A stretch of 18,983 nt of DNA, from positions 1 through 18,983 of the forward strand of contig JAQGDQ010001972.1 in NCBI GenBank assembly GCA_030141605.1. The letters run 5' to 3'. The notes below the pieces were generated by a model. The model was not told the origin of the DNA. It ran no database searches and saw only the letters and a list, made by a program, of their open reading frames with translations. Shown here piece by piece: positions 1 to 18,983 of the stretch. The translations under genes and the position numbers were made by a program. Every line of letters begins with the position of its first letter. Position 1 is the first letter of the stretch. The stretch is from Tubiluchus corallicola (lineage: Eukaryota; Animalia; Priapulida).

Positions 1-499
1 ATTTTTTTATCATCAAAAAACAATATCTTCAAAAAATAGATTAAGTATGTGGCCATATAACTGCCAAGCGCAATTTAGAAAAAAAAATTTATGGGTTATG
101 GCAGTTTGAACCGCGGCATCTGAACAAAAATAGATTTAAGAAATTTCGGGGGAAAATTGGAGACAATATTGAAACAAACAAATTAGCTGATTAATTCAAA
201 TTAAAACTTATTTTTACAATTCTAATTATTTTTTATTACCTGCACGAAATAACTGTCACTTGTTCTTTACGCTCGAATCACAATCTTTCTTTGTAAGGGG
301 GTTTTTGTCTCTAGTAAACGCCTCTTTCACTGTTGATCTAATCCGTTTTGCTGATCTGTTGATACCGGATTGTCTGTAATGGTGGCTCAACATACAAACA
401 TACATATGCAACATAAAATATCTGTTTTTTCACAGTGTAATAAAATATTATTTAGCTTTTTTGAAATACAGAATTGACCTAAATTTGAACATGCATTTG

Positions 500-1495
500 G
501 TTGCTATAAACTTTGATTTTGCCATTGCAGAAAAAAAGCTGCCACCTTTCTATCTTTATTTTTAAAACACCACACATGTGCCACAACATACGACACATGT
601 GCCACAACATACGACATATGTGCCACAACGTACGACAAATGTGCCACAACATGCGACACATGTTGTTGCTATGAACCTTGATTTTGCTAATGCAGAAAAA
701 AGCTGCCACATTTCTATCTTTATTTTTAAAACACCACACATGTGGCACAACGTACGACACATGTGCCACAACGTACGACATATGTGCCACAACATACGAC
801 AAATGTGCCACAACATGCGACATATGTTGTTGCTATGAACCTTGATTTTGCCATTGCAGAAAAAAAGCTGCCACCTTTCTATCTTTATTTTTAAAACACC
901 ACACATGTGGCACAACGTACGACACATGTGCCACAACATACGACATATGTGCCACAACATACGACAAATGTGCCACAACATGCGACATATGTTGTTGCTA
1001 TGAACCTTGATTTTTCCATTGCAGAAAAAAAGCTGCCACCTTTCTATCTTTATTTTTTAAAACACCACACATGTGCCACAACATACGACACATGTGCCAC
1101 AACATACGACATATGTGCCACAACGTACGACAAATGTGCCACAACATGCGACACATGTTGTTGCTATGAACCTTGATTTTGCCATTGCAGAAAAAAAGCT
1201 GCCACCTTTCTATCTTTATTTTTAAAACACCACACATGTGCCACAACATACGACGCATGTGCCACAACATACGACATATGTGCCACAACGTACGACAAAT
1301 GTGCCACAACATGCGACATATGTCATTGCTATGAACCTTGATTTTGCCATTGCAGAAAAAAAGCTGCCACCTTTCTATCTTTATTTTTAAAACACCACAC
1401 ATGTGCCACAACATGCGACACATGTGCCACAACATACGACATATGTGCCACAACATGCGACATATGTGCAACAACATACGACATACGCGCAACAT
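500..1495. repeat. Higher-order tandem repeat: 6 x ~165-bp units, each an ~80-bp spacer plus four 21-bp monomers (cacatgtgccacaacatacga)
   Basis: Unit start (g/a)ttgctat recurs at 500, 665, 829, 994, 1160 and 1325. It explains the 7-aa repeat ORFs (CRMLWHI) on both strands. Confidence 0.95.
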
Positions 1496-1885
1496 CATTT
1501 TCAAATGTTTACTAATGCATTTCAAAACGTTAGCAAATTTTTTTTACTTTAGCTTAAGAATCAGAAAATTTCCGCACGACCTTTATGGCAGGATAAAGCA
1601 CCAATTAGGAAAAAAGGAGTTACGATGTCAGTTGAATCCAGTTTAAATTACAGTATAAAATCTCTAGATTTCACAATTATTTCCAGAATTTTGTGCTGAT
1701 ATATAAGCATAAGTAATTTTTGAAAAAAGTTTATACTTTTAAGTGCTCAAAGTTGTTTATCTTTACAGGACTATTTAGTGTTCTTGCTTTTGCACGTTTT
1801 AAACGTCCAATAGCCTATAATTTGCAACTCGTACTGCTGTATAGTTTAAACAGTTTAAATCTGCTATGGTTTATCTCTTTTATAG

Positions 1886-14060
<12,175 letters not shown>

Positions 14061-14199
14061 ACTTGTCCGTGTAGGAAGGGACAGCATTTGTGAAAATAGA
14101 AAAGCGTGTTGAATTACTTGTTTTATATAGGGTGTCTCAAAAGTCATCATACGCTCTGATTTGCTTTTTTAAATTTTGCTCCAATTTCAACATCCTCCT

Positions 14200-15402
14200 A
14201 GAAATGAGGTACAGTCTGGCATGAGATTTGATAGTAACGTTAGAAATGAGATACAGTCCGGCATGAGATTTGACAGTAACGTTAGAAATGAGGTACAGTC
14301 TGGCATGAGATTTGACAGTAACGTTAGAAATGAGATACAGTCCGGCATGAGATTTGACAGTAACGTTAGAAATGAGTTACAGTCCGGCATGAGATTTGGC
14401 AGTAACGTTAGAAATGAGATACAGTCCGGCATGAGATTTGGCAGTAACGTTAGAAATGAGGTACAGTCTCGCATGAGATTTGACAGTAACGTTAGAAATG
14501 AGTTACAGTCCGGCATGAGATTTGGCAGTAACGTTAGAAATGAGATACAGTCCAGCATGAGATTTGGCAGTAACGTTAGAACTGAGATACAGTCTGGCAT
14601 GAGATTTGATAGTAACGTTAGAAATGAGATACAGTCTGGCATGAGATTTGACAGTAACGTTAGAAATGAGTTACAGTCCGGCATGAGATTTGACAGTAAC
14701 GTTAGAAATGAGATACAGTCCGGCATGAGATTTGACAGTAACGTTAGAAATGAGATACAGTCTGGCATGAGATTTGACAGCAACGTTAGAAATGAGGTAC
14801 AGTCTGGCATGAGATTTGACAGTAACGTTAGAAATGAGATACAGTCTGGCATGAGATTTGACAGTAACGTTAGAAATGAGATACAGTCTGGCATGAGATT
14901 TGACAGTAACGTTAGAAATGAGATACAGTCTGGCATGAGATTTGATAGTAACGTTAGAAATGAGATACAGTCTGGCATGAGATTTGACAGTAACGTTAGA
15001 AATGAGTTACAGTCCGGCATGAGATTTGACAGTAACGTTAGAAATGAGATACAGTCCGGCATGAGATTTGGCAGTAACGTTAGAAATGAGATACAGTCTG
15101 GCATGAGATTTGACAGCAACGTTAGAAATGAGGTACAGTCTGGCATGAGATTTGACAGCAACGTTAGAAATGAGATACAGTCTGGCATGAGATTTGGCAG
15201 TAACGTTAGAAATGAGATACAGGCTGGCATGAGATTTGACAGCAACGTTAGAAATGAGGTACAGTCTGGCGTGAGATTTGACAGCAACTTTAGAAATGAG
15301 GTACAGTCTGCGTGAGATTTGGCAGTAACGTTAGAAAAGAGGTACAGTCTGGCATGAGATTTGACAGTAACGTTAGAAATGAGGTACAGTCTGGGATGAG
15401 AT
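14200..15402. repeat. 42-bp minisatellite, ~28.6 copies (agaaatgagatacagtctggcatgagatttgacagtaacgtt)
   Basis: Direct reading; highly homogeneous, with a 1-nt deletion near 15310. Source of the 379-aa and 409-aa ORFs. Confidence 0.97.
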
Positions 15403-15471
15403 CTTTCAATCACCAAAACTGGAGTTCAGCAGAAATTCAGAGCACCACATCATTCTCTCACTATTAACACC

Positions 15472-15564
15472 GTAATTTTCCAACAAGATGCGGCTCTTCC
15501 TCAACACACTTGAGCTGTGAGAGACTTCCTCAACGCAAGATGCCCGAGTTAACATTGGATTGGT
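15472..15564 (+). pseudogene. Tc1/mariner-type DDD/DDE transposase fragment (VIFQQDAALPQHT*AVRDFLNARCPS*HWIG)
   Basis: Matches the well-known 'FQQDGAPxH....VR..L...FP..WIG' second-Asp motif; two in-frame stops. Confidence 0.75.
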
Positions 15565-17302
15565 TTCTGAAAGCCTTCAAGTCCCTGAATGAGGTAGTGA
15601 AAATAAAAAAGCCTACTACTGCAGTACTTCTTTTCATATTTTCGTCTAATTCGACTAAAAGAATTGCCTATTGTTTTAATTCGTCTCTACTAATTTACAA
15701 GCCTTTTGCGTTTTTGTTCATAAATACGTAAAATGCAAAGTGTATGTGACATTTGAGACGCCCGTGTGACATACGTACTTGTGGTTTCTGTATTGTCGTA
15801 TTATAAAAAGCCAAAACTACTGATGTTGTTTAACTAAATTCTGTATATAATAGGTTGTCAAATAGGAGATTTAAACTTACAAACTTACTAGATTTTCTAA
15901 TAAAAGGTGATAATGAAAGGGATAATAAAAAATAATTGTGCCAGAGAATAAGATTAGCATTGAGCGTTGCTGTATGAACAAGAAGGCCAGTGTTTTTTGA
16001 TATAAAGAGTTTTCTTACTTAACTTTTATATATTTTTCTGTACTTCTATAAGAAACTGTCTCGTACTTTAGAGAGTGTTCTCGTTGACAATTTCTCATTG
16101 TTGTATTACAACTGAATGTTCTGAATGCAATAATTGTGTGTACATATATATATATTCTTCAACTGGTGAATTTTGATGATTCCTTTCTTGGTTTGTTTAT
16201 GAAATGGTGATTTTGTGAAGCATGAGGATCTACTGGATGGTCTGTTATACTGCATGACTTGTATTGGTTGTCATTCTCGTCTGAGATTTGAAAAGTGATC
16301 AATTCAATGTTTCCGTCCTGTATATAAATAAAATTTTTCTATTTTTTATGGTATATGATCGAATCTTCAGTGGTTTTCTATTGCATGTGGTTTTTATGTT
16401 TACAAAATTATCTGATAATAACACATGTCTTGCATGAGGTTTTTTCGTTTTGTTGTTGTCGATTTCTATTTGTCCTAAATGTGGCACAAGTTAAATTAAC
16501 ACTAAGCGTTTGCTCTAACTATGTTATCCTTTATCATTTTATCATCTATGTTATTAATTCATTTTCGTAACTAAACACTTTTTCCTTCCTGCTAAATTTT
16601 CATATGTCTTCATTTTTTCTTCTTGTCCATTCTCGTTTCAATTACGTCAGCAAATAAACCTTTTTGCTACTTGTTACATTTTCAGAATCAACTTTCGAGT
16701 AAATTTTCGTATTCCATTTCATTGGAAATGCCTAATAAGCTTTTTCAGAGTTTCGTACAGTTGCTGTAGGTCAAAGGTTAAGGTCAAAACACAGCAACGC
16801 GTCTTAACTACAACAGTCACGTGACATGTGGGTAAAGCAGAGCCCATTTCAGTAGCTTCAAGTGTTTTCGTTGAGTTTACTTAATCATGTATTAGTCTGC
16901 GCGGGATCTTGGTTGGGAATGAGAAAAAATGAACTAAGTTTTATTCCTAGTATTCGTACCCTTTCTTAAAACTGTTCCTATAACAACAGCATGGACTGCG
17001 AGGTACTGTCAAGTGTACACAAATGTGTTGTCTGGTACACTTAACCATTGACCTTTTCGTGATCACCATCAATCGCTGGAACTGTGAAAAGGCTTATTCT
17101 AGGACGTTTTCACCAGGTGCTCTAATGACTTTGACAATTACTTGCTGACGCTTGCTTCACTGTGGTCTTCTTGCGCTCACAGCTTCCTTTTCTCATCAGG
17201 GAAAACGGTTACAGCTTCTTTAAATACTTTACTGATATTTAAAAAGCAGATATTAAATTTCATTTCAACGAAATTTAAAATACGAAAAGATCGAACCATT
17301 TC

Positions 17303-17463
17303 CATCAGTATCGTCATCATCATCGTTATTGTCGTCATCATCATAACCTTCTCCACCTTCTCATCCTCCTCCTCCACATCGTTATTATCTTCCTTGTCAT
17401 CATCATAATCATAATCATCGCCACCATCACCACCACCACTACCATCATCATCATCATCATCAT
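17303..17463. repeat. Imperfect (CAT/CAC/CCT)n microsatellite
   Basis: Direct reading. Confidence 0.93.
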
Positions 17464-18763
17464 GTGGTGAATAAATTTATAAATCGATGATTTTCGATAT
17501 TTTGGTATAAGGTTGCCTGCCTCCCTGATTGCATGAATAAATTTACAGATCGTGCGATAAGGAACTCACTCAGCTGAAAAGCCCGGATTTAATGAACTGT
17601 AAACAGCGTAGGTTGTCAGAACTAAAAATAGCGTTTACGTCAGGACACTCTAAGATGCTTAAGATAATTAGCTAACATTAAGTCGAGACGGATGTACCGT
17701 TTATAATGAGCAATATGCACAGATTGCTACTAATTAACAAAACTCTGCGAGGTCGTTGTTTTTTGAAGAAAGAACACGGATACGTTTTACGGGCGTATAA
17801 TGACTGCGTCTTCAAAACTTGTCCCATAAATTTTGTTGCTTCATACGACGCAGAAATTGTGCAAGGTTACTGCAAGGTTACCTCAATGAAATATAAGCCC
17901 CGGGTTCGAATAACCCAGCGCTCGTGCCACCCGATCGTATTGGAGGAGACACGTGCTGTGTGTACGGTAAAACACACAGAAGGCGATTTGACAACAAGAC
18001 AACTCCTGAAGTTCAGCGTAGACATCTTTCTGCGTTCCTAGGATAATCTGGGCACTGAGCCGACGAGAAATCTTGTATCAACTATCGGAATTGACCATAT
18101 TGTATTGTACATTGGGTCAAATCCGCAGAGTTAAGTACTCTTAACATATTGGTAAAACTGAGAATTAACTGTGCATATCGTTAGTAGTTCTTATAAGTTC
18201 ACATTGTACTATAGTGAGAATAAGTGTAAAGTATACACCTTAGGTGATAGGAATTAGGAATTGAAGAATTGTTCAGAGAGGTACTTTTGAGAAGCTAACA
18301 AAATAGTTGTGAGCGTCAAAAGCGCTTAAGGACTAAATCTTGTAAGATATACTTAAGCAGTAATTATTGTAAATCAATAAAACAATTCTCTTGGACATTT
18401 AACAATTGAGTTAATGTATATTATCAGTGTTTAACTCAAGCAACACTATTTCCGATATACGAATCTGATTAGTTCGCTTTGAATTAACTATCGTCCATAT
18501 TGCGGGGACATAGCTAGGAAACTTGAGAGATATAGACCTTTCTCACAACGCGAAGGTCAAGGTGAAGTTTAGATAAGACGATCATTGCTTACTCGACTGA
18601 TATCCAAAGCTCTCGGAGTCAGGTGAAGGATTCACCTTATAGCATTTAGGAGTTAAGCGAACATATTAAAATTCAATCTATACGATACATAGATTTAAGT
18701 CACCTTACACTATACGATCTAGATTAACAGAAACATTAGGCATTTGAATTTAAGAAGGTGATA

Positions 18764-18951
18764 ATCATCACCACCACCATCACCACCACCATCACCACCA
18801 CCACCATCATCATCATCGTTGTCATCATCATGATCGAGTTGTCGGTCGTCAGTATCATCATCATTACACCACTGTCATCGTAATCACCACCGCCATCATC
18901 ATCATCATCATTATCACTGTCAACATCATGATCGAGTTGTCGGTCGTCATT

Positions 18952-18983
<32 letters not shown>
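18764..18983. repeat. Imperfect (CAT/CAC)n microsatellite with an internal ~98-bp duplication, running off the window end
   Basis: Direct reading; tgatcgagttgtcggtcgtca at 18831 and 18929. Confidence 0.93.

Larger units (their letters stand above)
14128..15766 (+). mobile_element. Decayed Tc1/mariner-superfamily DNA transposon with internal minisatellite
   Basis: Left end TA|TAGGGTGTCTCAAAAGTCATCATACGCTCTGATTT versus reverse complement of the right end CACGGGCGTCTCAAATGTCA-CATACACTTTGCATTT (~30-bp imperfect TIR). A transposase remnant lies inside. Confidence 0.7.

Noticed and set aside
59-105. Short inverted repeat aactgcca/tggcagtt
   Set aside because: Only 8 bp, at the window edge, with no further supporting structure.
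500-1495. CRISPR-like repeat/spacer appearance
   Set aside because: Spacers are near-identical, there are no cas genes and the context is eukaryotic.
1769-1810. Possible extra exon after tttacag reading DYLVFLLLHVLNV, loosely like the ADAMTS 'YxLTxMN' helix
   Set aside because: No convincing donor (gtttta, gtccaa) before the in-frame TAG, and the similarity is weak.
17549-17607. Exon-like segment (tttacag ... gtaggt) as a continuation of the ADAMTS
   Set aside because: In the required phase 0 it hits TAA after three codons, and the open frame has no ADAMTS motif.

Overview
AT-rich, repeat-dense eukaryotic (invertebrate metazoan-like; taxon not determinable) genomic DNA. It carries the 3' part of an intron-rich ADAMTS-type zinc metalloprotease gene on the + strand. 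Eleven GT-AG exons between 1886 and 14060 splice in matching phases into 1251 nt (416 aa + stop). They encode the M12B catalytic domain with an intact HEIGHNFGMPHD motif and Met-turn, a disintegrin-like domain, one degenerate TSP1 repeat and the first half of a Cys-rich domain. The protein then apparently stops, with no spacer. Almost all ORF-track entries are artefacts of tandem repeats. The most notable non-coding features are: (1) a ~500-bp intronic inverted repeat whose two arms each hold a minimal hammerhead-ribozyme core followed by AATAAA, the layout of Penelope-like pseudo-LTRs; (2) a decayed Tc1/mariner-type element with TIRs and an FQQD..WIG transposase remnant, filled by a 42-bp minisatellite; (3) two related TTAGGG-core foldback elements that amplified opposite arms; (4) a 165-bp higher-order satellite built from 21-bp monomers; (5) mutually inverted pentanucleotide arrays bracketing two exons; (6) tRNA-derived SINE heads.
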